A stretch of 64,000 nucleotides of DNA from a bacterium (lineage in GTDB: Bacteria > SAR324 > XYD2-FULL-50-16), in NCBI GenBank assembly GCA_032250835.1, contig JAVVEA010000002.1, positions 54,498-118,497 on the forward strand, in the 5' to 3' direction. Shown in pieces: positions 28,821 through 38,192 of this stretch; positions within the stretch are counted from its first letter, which is position 1; each line of letters opens with the position of its first letter. The notes under the pieces are model-generated. The model was not told the DNA's origin, did not search any database, and saw only the letters and a list, made by a program, of their open reading frames with translations. Both the position numbers and the translations under genes were made by a program.

Positions 28821-29066
28821 ATGATTTACGGTAGTCTCGAAATCCCCCAATGGATTGGCAAGTTTCGCCTCAAGGAACAACATGTAAACGACCTGGGCGA
28901 TACTTGGTCTTTATTGTTGCGTTATGCCGGCGGCGGGGAAGCGATCACCTTAAAGGTACTCAAGCACAAAGGCCAAGAATCAGTGGATATGTACCGCGGC
29001 GGCGGTAAGCCCGGCAAGTTCGACAGCCTAGAAGCAGCCTTCGACCAACTTCGCTCCGAGAAGTAA
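28821..29066 (+). CDS. Hypothetical 81-aa protein
   Basis: AGGAGG RBS just upstream of the ATG and its own promoter-like sequence. Confidence 0.7.
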   Translation: MIYGSLEIPQWIGKFRLKEQHVNDLGDTWSLLLRYAGGGEAITLKVLKHKGQESVDMYRGGGKPGKFDSLEAAFDQLRSEK

Positions 29067-29084
29067 CCCCCTCTTTGCCGCTCC

Positions 29085-29100
29085 TGTTTCACGTGAAACA
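29085..29100. promoter_or_regulatory. parS: parS site within a 26-bp palindrome (29080-29105)
   Basis: GCTCC-TGTTTCACGTGAAACA-GGAGC. Confidence 0.92.
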
Positions 29101-29127
29101 GGAGCCCTTGCCTTGGGCCTCCCCCGA

Positions 29128-30000
29128 CTAGACCAAAGCCTGTGCCAAGCTCACCCAAGCCTTAACATACAGGGGATTGAGCTTCAGCGAGCGCAACAGG
29201 TAAGCCCGCCCAGAGGCTTTTTCTCCTAGACTCAAAAACTTTCTGCCCGCCCCGTAAAGATGCAACGCTTCAGCCCGGCGGCGTTGCTGGGCCGTGGCGT
29301 CGGGCAATTGGGCGAAGTGGTTTTCAAAGACCCGCCAACCGGCCTTAAAGTGCAACTCCACTTTATTGGAGTTGCCGCCACTATGGATACGGTAGCTACC
29401 CAAAAGTTCGGGCACCACTACGGCTCGCGCACCGTCCCGCAAAAGCCGCAACCAGAGGTCCCAATCTTCGGCGGTGATCAATTCGGCCGATTCATCGAAG
29501 CCGCCTAAGGCCTCAAAAGACGTTTTCCGCACCATAACCGTACTCGTGACCACCCGGTTTCCCGCGAAGAGATATGGGCCGTATTTTAGCTTTTTCTGGT
29601 CTACCCACCCAGATTCCCCCTCTCGGTGGCCCTCACGGAGCAAAAAAACCGGATGGCAGCCAAAATCCGCCGATCCCAAAGCCGCCAAACAACGCTCCAA
29701 CTTTTGGGGCTCCCAGAGGTCGTCGCTATCTAAAAAGGCCAGCCACTCCCCTTGGGCTTCGCTCGCTCCTCGGTTGCGCCCGGCAGCAATACTGCCGCCA
29801 TTGGCAAAATCAATCCGGCGGAATTGGTCGGGATGGGCCTGGGCGAATTGGTCGGCTACCTCGGCGGTGGCGTCGGTGCTGAAATTGTTGACCAGAATCG
29901 CCTCGAAGTCGGTATAACTTTGGGCAAAGACCGACTCCAAACAAGCCTGAAGTAGATCGGCTTGATTATAGGTAGGGATGATGATGCTAACGCGGGGCAT
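29128..30000 (-). CDS. Glycosyltransferase family 2
   Basis: VSIIIPTYNQ, RNRG, AFLDSDDLW, EDWDLWLR. Confidence 0.92.
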   Translation of the reverse strand: MPRVSIIIPTYNQADLLQACLESVFAQSYTDFEAILVNNFSTDATAEVADQFAQAHPDQFRRIDFANGGSIAAGRNRGASEAQGEWLAFLDSDDLWEPQKLERCLAALGSADFGCHPVFLLREGHREGESGWVDQKKLKYGPYLFAGNRVVTSTVMVRKTSFEALGGFDESAELITAEDWDLWLRLLRDGARAVVVPELLGSYRIHSGGNSNKVELHFKAGWRVFENHFAQLPDATAQQRRRAEALHLYGAGRKFLSLGEKASGRAYLLRSLKLNPLYVKAWVSLAQALV

Positions 30001-30940
30001 CGGCTAGCTCTCTTTGACAGAGCAAAAGGGTCTCGTCGATTTCTCGGTCCAGATCGTTTTGGGGCACAAAGCCCGTGGCCTTGAGTTTGTCGATGGAAAA
30101 GAACAAAGGCTCTTCCACTTCGCTGGGTTTCGGCTCCGGCCGCAACACTGGGGGCCGAAAACCCAACACCACTTCGGCGCGAGCGGCGACCCGTTCGGTC
30201 ATGGACAAGATACTTTCCGATTGGCCGGAGCCCAAATTAAAGAGCCCGTCGCCTAATTGGTCCGCCGGTAGGCTCAAGAGGTGGACCGTTCCGGCCAGAA
30301 CGTCTTGCATGGTCACAAAGTCACGGTGCTGCAAGCCTGAGGAACGCAACTCAAGCTGTTTCTTCTGGACCGCTTGGACACAAAGGTCATTGACCAACAG
30401 GGTCCACCGATCCACCGCCACATCGGCCGGGGCCCCAAAGGAGTTAGACAGCCGGACCACTGCGGCGGCAAAGTGCCCGTTGTCCTTGGCGGCCAAGACG
30501 TAATCTTCGGCGGCGCGGTGGCTATAGGCGTAAGGGTGGCGGGGGCGGCAGGGGCTAGACTCGTTGATATGCCCCACCAAGGGCGCTTGGTAGACATGGG
30601 CGGTAGAGAAATAAACCAGCCGTTCCACCCGCCCCTGGGCGGCGAGCACCCAGCGCAAGGTATCTACCGAATTGACCTCCACCGCGGCCACCGGGTCTTG
30701 CCCGCAGTAGACCTCGTTAAGCGAAGCCAAATGGATCAGGGCGTCATGGGCCCCGCAGAGTTCGGCCAACGCCGAGGCATCTTGGGTATCGGCAGACCTC
30801 ACCTCAAAACCCTGGGCCCAGACAGGCCAGTCTTGGGAGGGGCGGCGGCTGGTCAAGGTGACCTCGTGACCCTGGGCTTGCAGGTGCTGGCAAAGCCTCC
30901 CGCCGATATAGCCAAATCCGCCAGTTACCAGAATCTTCAT
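29987..30940 (-). CDS. NAD-dependent epimerase/dehydratase-family sugar reductase
   Basis: MKILVTGGFGYIG, YFSTAHVY, RDFV. ATG 30940 overlaps the rfbF stop. Confidence 0.85.
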   Translation of the reverse strand: MKILVTGGFGYIGGRLCQHLQAQGHEVTLTSRRPSQDWPVWAQGFEVRSADTQDASALAELCGAHDALIHLASLNEVYCGQDPVAAVEVNSVDTLRWVLAAQGRVERLVYFSTAHVYQAPLVGHINESSPCRPRHPYAYSHRAAEDYVLAAKDNGHFAAAVVRLSNSFGAPADVAVDRWTLLVNDLCVQAVQKKQLELRSSGLQHRDFVTMQDVLAGTVHLLSLPADQLGDGLFNLGSGQSESILSMTERVAARAEVVLGFRPPVLRPEPKPSEVEEPLFFSIDKLKATGFVPQNDLDREIDETLLLCQRELADAPR

Positions 30941-31725
30941 GGGCGCTGTTTCCAGGGGCAATGGTTCTCTTGGTCCATCCGGTTGAGCAGGCCGTGGTCT
31001 CGGGCGGTGTCCATGCATTGCCAAAAACCTTGGTGTTGATAAACCATCAACTCGCCCTGACGGACCAGTTCTTCCATCGGGCCCTTTTCAAAGACCAAGT
31101 CTTCGCGGTCGTCGAGGAAGTCAAAAACCTTCTGGCTGGCCACAAAAAAGCCGCCGGAAATCCAACCAGCCGTAGCCTGGGGCTTCTCATTAAAAGCGGT
31201 CACCAAACCGCCCTCTTCAAATTCCATCTCACCAAACCGGGCGGGCGGGTGCACACAGGTAACGGTGACCGCCTTGCCGTGGGATTTATGGAAGGCCAAG
31301 AGCTGGTCGAGGTCCACATCGGAAAGGCCGTCCCCATAAGTCAAAAAGAAGTGTTCCTCTCCCTCGACATATTTACGGATACGCTTGATTCGAGCCCCGG
31401 TCATAGCGGCGACGCCCGTGTCGGCCATGGTTACCTTCCATTGGTGGACCGGGTTGTCGCCATGGTAGGTCAACTTACCGCCCGCCTGATCCAGGCTTAA
31501 GGTCACATCTTGGGAAAAGGCCCCCAAGTTCAAAAAATACTCTTTCACCTTCTGCCCCAGATAGCCCAGGCAGAGCACATAGTCCGAGTGCCCGAAGAGG
31601 GAATAGTAGTTCATCAGGTGGTAGAGGATCGGGTATTGGCCGACCGGGATCATGGGCTTGGGGATCTCGCTGGTTACGTCGCGGATGCGGGTCCCTTGAC
31701 CGCCGCATAATATCACTACTTTCAT
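30937..31725 (-). CDS. rfbF: Glucose-1-phosphate cytidylyltransferase
   Basis: VVILCGGQGTRI...PKPMI, MTGARIKR, LTYGDG, GFWQCMDT. Confidence 0.92.
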   Translation of the reverse strand: MKVVILCGGQGTRIRDVTSEIPKPMIPVGQYPILYHLMNYYSLFGHSDYVLCLGYLGQKVKEYFLNLGAFSQDVTLSLDQAGGKLTYHGDNPVHQWKVTMADTGVAAMTGARIKRIRKYVEGEEHFFLTYGDGLSDVDLDQLLAFHKSHGKAVTVTCVHPPARFGEMEFEEGGLVTAFNEKPQATAGWISGGFFVASQKVFDFLDDREDLVFEKGPMEELVRQGELMVYQHQGFWQCMDTARDHGLLNRMDQENHCPWKQRP

Positions 31726-31730
31726 GAGGA

Positions 31731-32243
31731 TTAGCCGTGTTTGAGTTCCCAGTCGTATCCAATCTTGCCGTCGTCGTGGGCGCAACGGTCAATCTCGCCA
31801 GGGGTATGGGCCAAGGTGGCGCAGTTGGCGACAATAGCCATCTCCGGGCCGTACCCCTTAAAGCCGTTCCAAACCAACGGCGGCACCGTGACCAAGCAGT
31901 AGTTATCCTGCCCCATGAAGACTTCGGTCAAGCAGCCCTTGGTAGGCGAGCCTTCGCGGTCGTCAAAGAGCACAAACTTGATGCGACCGTGGGGGACCGC
32001 ATAGTTCAAGGTCATTTCCTTGTGGATATGCCAAGCCTTGATGGCCCCTGGATGGATGCAGGAAAAGTAGATTTCCCCAAATTGGTCAAAGTGGGCGTCG
32101 GTGCTGCGCATCAAGTGCATGATCTTGCCGCGCTCGTCGGGAATCTGAGCCAGCGGGCGGATGCCCACGCCTTGGATCTCGCGCTTTTCGGGGTCGGGCA
32201 CAAAGCCTTTTTCTGTCTTAATATACCGATAGATTCCGAACAT
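31731..32243 (-). CDS. NDP-4-keto-6-deoxyhexose 3,5-epimerase family (RmlC-like cupin)
   Basis: DERG, FGEIYFS, IKAWHIH, DDREGSPT, VPPLVWNGFK. Confidence 0.85.
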   Translation of the reverse strand: MFGIYRYIKTEKGFVPDPEKREIQGVGIRPLAQIPDERGKIMHLMRSTDAHFDQFGEIYFSCIHPGAIKAWHIHKEMTLNYAVPHGRIKFVLFDDREGSPTKGCLTEVFMGQDNYCLVTVPPLVWNGFKGYGPEMAIVANCATLAHTPGEIDRCAHDDGKIGYDWELKHG

Positions 32244-33310
32244 TAGAGGCTCGCATCACAAATGAATTGGTCGATCTGCGCTGAGGTCAAATCCAGCGCA
32301 GATTCACCTTGGTGTAAGGACTTGTACCAGCGCAGACTTTCGCCGACGCTCCGTTTGAAGTCCCAGGTAGGTTTCCAGTCTAAGAATTGCAGGGCCTTGT
32401 CGCAGTTCAAGTGCAACAGCGTGGCTTCATGGTGGGCCTTGGGGTCTGACTGATCTTGCCAGCTCCCGCTGCCCCAGAGCCCCACGATCTCCTCCACCAG
32501 CGCCTTTACGGGCATCACCGAAGTGACCGAAGGCCCGAAGTTCCAGGCACCGCCAAACTTTTTGGGTTCCTCAAGCAGCAGGGCTCCCAAGCGCAGATAG
32601 CCCGAAAGGGGGTCTAAGACGTGCTGCCAAGGCCGGGTGGCGATGGGGTTACGCACCCCAATGGGCTGGTTGGCCACCAAGGAACGAACGCAATCCGGAA
32701 AGATCCGGTCTAAAGCCCAATCACCGCCGCCAATTACGTTGCCCGCGCGGGCCGTGGCCACACCCAGGTGGGGCATCAGGTCAAAGAAGCTTTTCTCGTA
32801 GGAGGCAAAGAGCACTTCCGCCGCCGCTTTGCTGGCCGAATAGGGATCGTGGCCGCCCAGTTCGTCGTTCTCGCGGTAACCGAAGTTCCATTCTTTGTTT
32901 TTATAACATTTGTCGCTGGTGATGTAGACCACCGAGCGTAGGCTAGGGCTCTTGCGGACCGCCTCTAAGATATTGACCGAGCCGCCGACGTTGGTGTCGA
33001 AGGTTTCTTTGGGCTCTTGGTAAGAATAACGGACCAGCGGTTGGGCCGCCAAATGGAACAGGATTTCGGGCTGGGCTTCTTTAAAGACGCGGTCCACAGC
33101 GCCTGCGTCGCGGATATCACAAACATGATGGTCTAAGCGGTCAGCCAAGCCCAACAGGTTGAAGTGCTCCTGATCGGTCTGGGGTGCCAAGGCCAAGCCG
33201 GTAACCTGGGCACCCATCTTGGTCAGCCAAAGAGCCAGCCAGGAGCCCTTAAATCCGGTGTGCCCGGTAACCAACACGCGCTTGTTTTGGTAAGCTTCTT
33301 TAAGGTTCAT
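32243..33310 (-). CDS. rfbG: CDP-glucose 4,6-dehydratase
   Basis: VLVTGHTGFKGSWL, HLAAQPLVR, TSDKCY, DPYSASKA, RAGNVIGGGDW, RPWQHVL. Confidence 0.95.
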   Translation of the reverse strand: MNLKEAYQNKRVLVTGHTGFKGSWLALWLTKMGAQVTGLALAPQTDQEHFNLLGLADRLDHHVCDIRDAGAVDRVFKEAQPEILFHLAAQPLVRYSYQEPKETFDTNVGGSVNILEAVRKSPSLRSVVYITSDKCYKNKEWNFGYRENDELGGHDPYSASKAAAEVLFASYEKSFFDLMPHLGVATARAGNVIGGGDWALDRIFPDCVRSLVANQPIGVRNPIATRPWQHVLDPLSGYLRLGALLLEEPKKFGGAWNFGPSVTSVMPVKALVEEIVGLWGSGSWQDQSDPKAHHEATLLHLNCDKALQFLDWKPTWDFKRSVGESLRWYKSLHQGESALDLTSAQIDQFICDASL

Positions 33311-33625
33311 TGGTCCAAGAGAAAAGGTGCCTCGGGTTTTGGCCAAATACTAGCCCAAAAGCCGGGCCTTGGCAATGCCGGGAGGAGCCACGCAAAAAGC
33401 AGTGCAAAATACCTTGAACCCCATTTTTGGGTCCGTCTTTTTTTTGTGGGGGGGTAACCCCCGGTGAATTCTAGTTCTGCTTAGATGAATTGGCGCTACC
33501 GAGCTTCACCTTATCTTTTGCTCCGAGCCAAAGAAGCTGGGCCCTAAAGCTGGACATAGTACCGAAGTATGGTGCATGGTTATACGGCCTTTAGAATCTA
33601 CAAAAGTAGCACCGACGATATATAT

Positions 33626-35839
33626 ATGCTTTCGCTTAAATTGCAAAAAAGTCTCATTTTAGGGTTGTTTGGAATCGTCTGCTTGGTCGGGTTATTACTG
33701 CGATTGGACCACTATACGGCCAAAACCATGTGGTTCGACGAGGCAATCGTCGCAATTTACGCTAGACTCAGCTACCTCGACATCGTCCGGACGCTTTACG
33801 ATGACATCCATCAGCCGTTATATTACTGGCTCGTAAAGTTCTGTGATTCGATCTGGCGTGATGACGTTGCCAGAAAATTTCCTTCATTGCTTACAGGGGT
33901 AGTCGGCCTTGGAGCAATCGGATGGGTAGGAACTAGATTAGCCAATTGGCGCGTTGGCCTGGTGGCTACGCTACTCTTGTCCCTAAATGCCAGTCATGTG
34001 CAGTTTTCCCAAATGTTGCGCATGTACACTATGGGTGCCTTGTTCACCCTCCTTGCTTCCTATTTTTTATATAGTTTCTTGTCTAACGGCGGCAATAAGC
34101 GCGCGATGTGGGGTTATATTCTATGCTCCGTTTTGGCCTTTCATACCCACGTAACTAATTTTATTCTTTTTATATTTCAAATCCTTTTTGTGCTCTACTG
34201 TCTTATCGACTACAATGCCCTGACCTATTTCAAAGGATACCGAAGCTTAAGCCAGTGGGATGTCCGCAGGCGTCTTCTTTTACAACTAACTTTTGCGTCC
34301 GCGTTGATAGTTTTTGGCCTCGTCTGGACTCTGAGTTCCAGGAAAATTGAATTTATAGGAGGATTTCTGGGGTTAGCTTTTATAGTGAATTTTTGGACCG
34401 TACGGTTTTCGAGTCACGCCCCACCAAAACCACTTATATCCAAAACCATCCTAGTGCGCGGGCTCCAAATTGGATTTTGGATCGCCATGTTGAGCCCTAT
34501 CTTTTGGTACGACCTTGCTGGTTCCTTTTTAGCCTATTACCCCAGAGTGGGGAGTCCACAAACCACCTGGTCCCCCCAAGGATTTAGCCTTTTGTGGGAC
34601 ATATTTAGTAGCAACTTGGTCCGCGGCGGGACGCTTTTTGGCTACAGCCGAGCGAGCCTGTATACGGGGATGATGGTTATAGGAGCCCTATTAGCCTTAT
34701 TCCAAGGCAAGCGATGGGCCCCGCTGTTTATCATCCATGGGTTGTATTTTTATCTCTATATATATGTCGTGGGTTACGCTGAGAACGCGATTTCCTTAGG
34801 GCCAAGGCATTTCATGGCCACCTTGATCCCACAGCTATTGTTTGCCGCCTACGGTATGGTAACCTTATTAGAGTTAGTCTGCTATCCACTGGTGGGTGTA
34901 GCTGCGCGAGCTTTTGCCTTGGCAAATCGATACGCAACGGCTACTTGGCTCACCTTGTTACGCAAACCATACTCCAATGGACTGGCTTTGGTCTTCGTCT
35001 TATCGCTTCTATCTTTTGATTTAGGGAGTTATCGTCAAAATATTCAAAATTGGTATGACGATAATTGGGCTGACTGGAGAAGTTTTGCCGAATATTTAAA
35101 TCAAAATTTGGAAGAAGGAACATTGGTCTTTTTTTCTGATGAAGGGTTTCATCACCATGTGACCATTTACACTGACCTGAAAACTCGAGATAGAATTGAG
35201 TTTGCCACCGCCCCGATGCAACCACAGAGAAAAATTTGGCAAGCTTTGAGCGGTTACGAACCACAGAGGGCCGCCCTTTTACAAAACTCCATGGGCTTTA
35301 AGCGCCTGTATGAAAATGGGCCTCCTGCAATGGGTTTTATCGTTGAAAAAGTAGTACCCGTCGAGTCTCCTATAATCCCCAAAGGGGGTCCAGGGTTGTG
35401 GAAGTTTGAAGGCGGCGATTTCAATAATTACGGGTTTGCTTCCCAAGCATATGAAATTAAAAGTCTAAGTTTGCGCCCCGGCTATTTAAGCCCGAGCATT
35501 CGTAATCATTGGGCTCATTTAATTTACCAGATAGAGGCCCCACCAGAACTGGACCTAAAAGACCTTTCGATTCATCTGAACATCTCGGTTCGAAAACCGA
35601 GTAGCTTTAAGGTATTGGTTGGCACAAGCCCAACGGATTTAAAAGAAATCGCTTTACACGAGCAAAGCTTTAATAGCCATATCCAATTGAAGGACCGGCT
35701 CAAATCCGGCGAGCAATTATTCGTTAAAATAGCCGTATTTCCCCAGTGGATACCCACGGACTACATCGACGCTTTGCATAGCGTAATGATCAGCGATTTG
35801 GATTTTGAAGGCCATTTAGTGAGAAAGGGGACTCCATGA
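33626..35839 (+). CDS. GT-C fold (PMT/ArnT-like) membrane glycosyltransferase with a C-terminal extracytoplasmic domain
   Basis: LRL...MWFDEA, HQPLYY, SQMLRMY, DWRSFAEYL. Start 33626 or 33569. Confidence 0.8.
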   Translation: MLSLKLQKSLILGLFGIVCLVGLLLRLDHYTAKTMWFDEAIVAIYARLSYLDIVRTLYDDIHQPLYYWLVKFCDSIWRDDVARKFPSLLTGVVGLGAIGWVGTRLANWRVGLVATLLLSLNASHVQFSQMLRMYTMGALFTLLASYFLYSFLSNGGNKRAMWGYILCSVLAFHTHVTNFILFIFQILFVLYCLIDYNALTYFKGYRSLSQWDVRRRLLLQLTFASALIVFGLVWTLSSRKIEFIGGFLGLAFIVNFWTVRFSSHAPPKPLISKTILVRGLQIGFWIAMLSPIFWYDLAGSFLAYYPRVGSPQTTWSPQGFSLLWDIFSSNLVRGGTLFGYSRASLYTGMMVIGALLALFQGKRWAPLFIIHGLYFYLYIYVVGYAENAISLGPRHFMATLIPQLLFAAYGMVTLLELVCYPLVGVAARAFALANRYATATWLTLLRKPYSNGLALVFVLSLLSFDLGSYRQNIQNWYDDNWADWRSFAEYLNQNLEEGTLVFFSDEGFHHHVTIYTDLKTRDRIEFATAPMQPQRKIWQALSGYEPQRAALLQNSMGFKRLYENGPPAMGFIVEKVVPVESPIIPKGGPGLWKFEGGDFNNYGFASQAYEIKSLSLRPGYLSPSIRNHWAHLIYQIEAPPELDLKDLSIHLNISVRKPSSFKVLVGTSPTDLKEIALHEQSFNSHIQLKDRLKSGEQLFVKIAVFPQWIPTDYIDALHSVMISDLDFEGHLVRKGTP

Positions 35840-36927
35840 AGAAGACCTTGGGAAAAGCGCTATTGGCTTGTTTGATTCTCTTTTTGATTGCGTATACCCT
35901 CGTGGAGAAACAAGAGCGTAAATTGTGGTGGGAGTTTGCCAAATCACAAGATAGAGACATTCTGTCTGAAATGACGGCGTCAGACGATTTGATCTATTAT
36001 TTGCCGTTACACTTTGGGTACGAAGAATTAGTCGGGAACCATCGGGTCAACCACCGGAAACCTTGGGAACAATGCGTTGATATTTTGGGCCCCATATTTG
36101 GCCTAAATATGGCTCTCCTGGATGAACCAAACAAAGTCTGGCTGCCCTTCACTCAAAGCCGCAAAGATATTCCCTCAAAGGGGGAAAGCTTTGCTGTGGG
36201 GTTCTATCTTAGTAGCAGTATTTCAAAAGGTGATGATGATGTATGGTTACCGCTGGCCAGCATAGTTGAGCCTACCGATCACCGCAATCCGCAGCAGGCC
36301 TTTTATATAAACCAGCGAGACCACTACATCCACTATGCGAGTTTTTTCGGGGGACTACACGCCAAACACATCCGCATAGAAGACGGCACTTATTACTATT
36401 TGGTCTCGGTAGTTGACTTAGAAGCCCAAGAGTACAGGTTATATATCAACGGTCAAATCGCGGAAAAAGGAAAGATAACCCAGGAAAACAACCATTCTGC
36501 TGAGGGACTTTATCTAGGGGCCTTTTTCCCCGGCGCGCATAATATCGATGGGGTTATCAATGAGGTGGCTCTTTGGAAGCGGCCCCTGAGCGAAATTGAA
36601 GTTCAGGGGGTGACATCAAAAGTACGCTCCAAAAACCGGAAAATGCACCGAGAATTTGTGTGGCTTATTCGGGTGTTTTTGTTGTTGCTACTCTACTTTC
36701 TTTATTGGAAGACTTTCCAAAAGTTGGGCTCTGATCTAGCAAATAACCTAACAATGCCCTCTAGTATATTGCCAAAAAATGGAGATGAGGTGCAGCTTTG
36801 GACTCAGAAAATTTCTGAGTCTGACCCAGCTTATAGGGCAGAACAAAAAAGCGAATTCCAGCTTTTCCTAAAATATCAATCGGTACTCCGCAAACAGGAT
36901 CAATATGGACCTGACGGCACAAAATGA
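35836..36927 (+). CDS. Membrane-anchored LamG-like (concanavalin A-like) domain protein
   Basis: YYYLVSVVD...RLYINGQ...LYLGA...DGVINEVALWKRPLSEIEV, flanked by two TM segments. ATGA overlap with the upstream gene. Confidence 0.75.
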   Translation: MKKTLGKALLACLILFLIAYTLVEKQERKLWWEFAKSQDRDILSEMTASDDLIYYLPLHFGYEELVGNHRVNHRKPWEQCVDILGPIFGLNMALLDEPNKVWLPFTQSRKDIPSKGESFAVGFYLSSSISKGDDDVWLPLASIVEPTDHRNPQQAFYINQRDHYIHYASFFGGLHAKHIRIEDGTYYYLVSVVDLEAQEYRLYINGQIAEKGKITQENNHSAEGLYLGAFFPGAHNIDGVINEVALWKRPLSEIEVQGVTSKVRSKNRKMHREFVWLIRVFLLLLLYFLYWKTFQKLGSDLANNLTMPSSILPKNGDEVQLWTQKISESDPAYRAEQKSEFQLFLKYQSVLRKQDQYGPDGTK

Positions 36928-37886
36928 CAAAAAGACTGGTTGTTCTCTCTCTAAAACTGTCCCTATTGTTCGCGGTAATTTACTATTTAGTTTCTACTGG
37001 TCGACTTGAGCCTCGTTCCGTTCTACTACTTGCAGCAAACCCCCTAGAATCCAGTTCAATCGTTTTTTTTGTGTTCTTTGGGCTGATTGGCTTGACCGGA
37101 TTCCGCTGGTGGCTTTTGCTTCGATCCAATGGCTTTCATTTAAGCTTGTTCCGAACTGAACAGATATTACTAATTGCTCATTTTTTTAGTACCTTCTTGC
37201 CGGGCGCTGCGGGGATCGATGTCATCAAATCTGGTTATCTCATAAAATATAGAGACGCCCAAATTTCTTCTAAAACCCCTCTATTGACCACCATTTTGCT
37301 GGACCGGCTTTTGGGGGTTAAAGCGATTTTGATCCTGAGTTGCATATCATTGCTCAGCATGCATCGCACCACATTCTTGGAATCTCTTTTTTGGTTGGTG
37401 TTGCTAATTTTTTTGGCAATGGCCTTTGCTTTGGTGTCTTTCATCAAAGGTTTTAAAATCGGCGAAATGGGAGCCCGAAAGCTGTCTGCCTTCTTAAAAA
37501 ACCAAGTGCCTACCAAGATCGTAAAGGCCCTATCTTTTTATGAAACCCAAAAGAAGGTGCTTTTTTCGGCCTTAGCTACTTCACTGTTGATCCAAATGAT
37601 TAACGTGTTGGTTTTTTACCTTATTTCTCGAATACTGCCGAGTTTTAACGCTGATTTTTTTCAGTTGGCTGCTCTAGTCCCCGTAGGCCTGCTTTTGACG
37701 ATCATCCCTTTAGGCCCTTCGGGTATCGGAGCCGGTTACATTGGCTTTGACTATCTTTTTAGCCAATTGGGAATAAGCGGAGGGGCAGAAGCTTTTAACT
37801 TGTACATCCTTACTCAGTTGACGATCAACTTGCTCTGTGCTGTCGCCTTCCTATTTCCTATGCCGAGAGCCGCCTCAGAGCAGTAG
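36924..37886 (+). CDS. Lysylphosphatidylglycerol synthase TM-domain / UPF0104 flippase-like protein
   Basis: RWWLLL, FLPGAAGIDVIK, LLDRLLG, IPLGPSGIG. Confidence 0.8.
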   Translation: MTKRLVVLSLKLSLLFAVIYYLVSTGRLEPRSVLLLAANPLESSSIVFFVFFGLIGLTGFRWWLLLRSNGFHLSLFRTEQILLIAHFFSTFLPGAAGIDVIKSGYLIKYRDAQISSKTPLLTTILLDRLLGVKAILILSCISLLSMHRTTFLESLFWLVLLIFLAMAFALVSFIKGFKIGEMGARKLSAFLKNQVPTKIVKALSFYETQKKVLFSALATSLLIQMINVLVFYLISRILPSFNADFFQLAALVPVGLLLTIIPLGPSGIGAGYIGFDYLFSQLGISGGAEAFNLYILTQLTINLLCAVAFLFPMPRAASEQ

Positions 37887-38130
37887 TCTCGGCCTGTTAG
37901 GTTTTGAGAGTCATCAAAAACATAACCTATTGTAGTTCTCTTATTTCGATAGATTATGACAGGTTGCGCTTACTTTTACCCATCACTTGCTCCAAAACCG
38001 AGGGTGGATACTGTCGTTCAGAAATAAAGCCTAATTCAAATTTGGTCTGAAATTTTCGGTGCCTTACATTTTTTTTGGGGCAGTGTTTTTATTCGCCCAC
38101 TAATCTCAAAAAAACCAAAACCGCCGAAAC

Positions 38131-38166
38131 AAAAAAGGCCCACCAAGCGGGAACTCAGAGGGCCTT
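38131..38166 (-). terminator. Possible intrinsic terminator after ssb
   Basis: AAGGCCC/GGGCCTT stem with a long loop, followed by a T-run on the minus strand. Confidence 0.4.
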
Positions 38167-38192
38167 ATATACACTTAAGTCTGTGGTATATC

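Noticed and set aside
27800-29150. oriC near the parS sites
   Set aside because: No DnaA-box cluster, AT-rich unwinding element or dnaA gene was seen in the window.
30374-31500. Long antisense ORFs (221 aa and 179 aa) and similar ones opposite the atp genes and cyclase
   Set aside because: Shadow ORFs caused by the codon bias of well-supported genes on the other strand.
33350-38190. Mobile element boundaries around the AT-richer block
   Set aside because: No integrase, transposase, terminal inverted repeats or flanking direct repeats were found.
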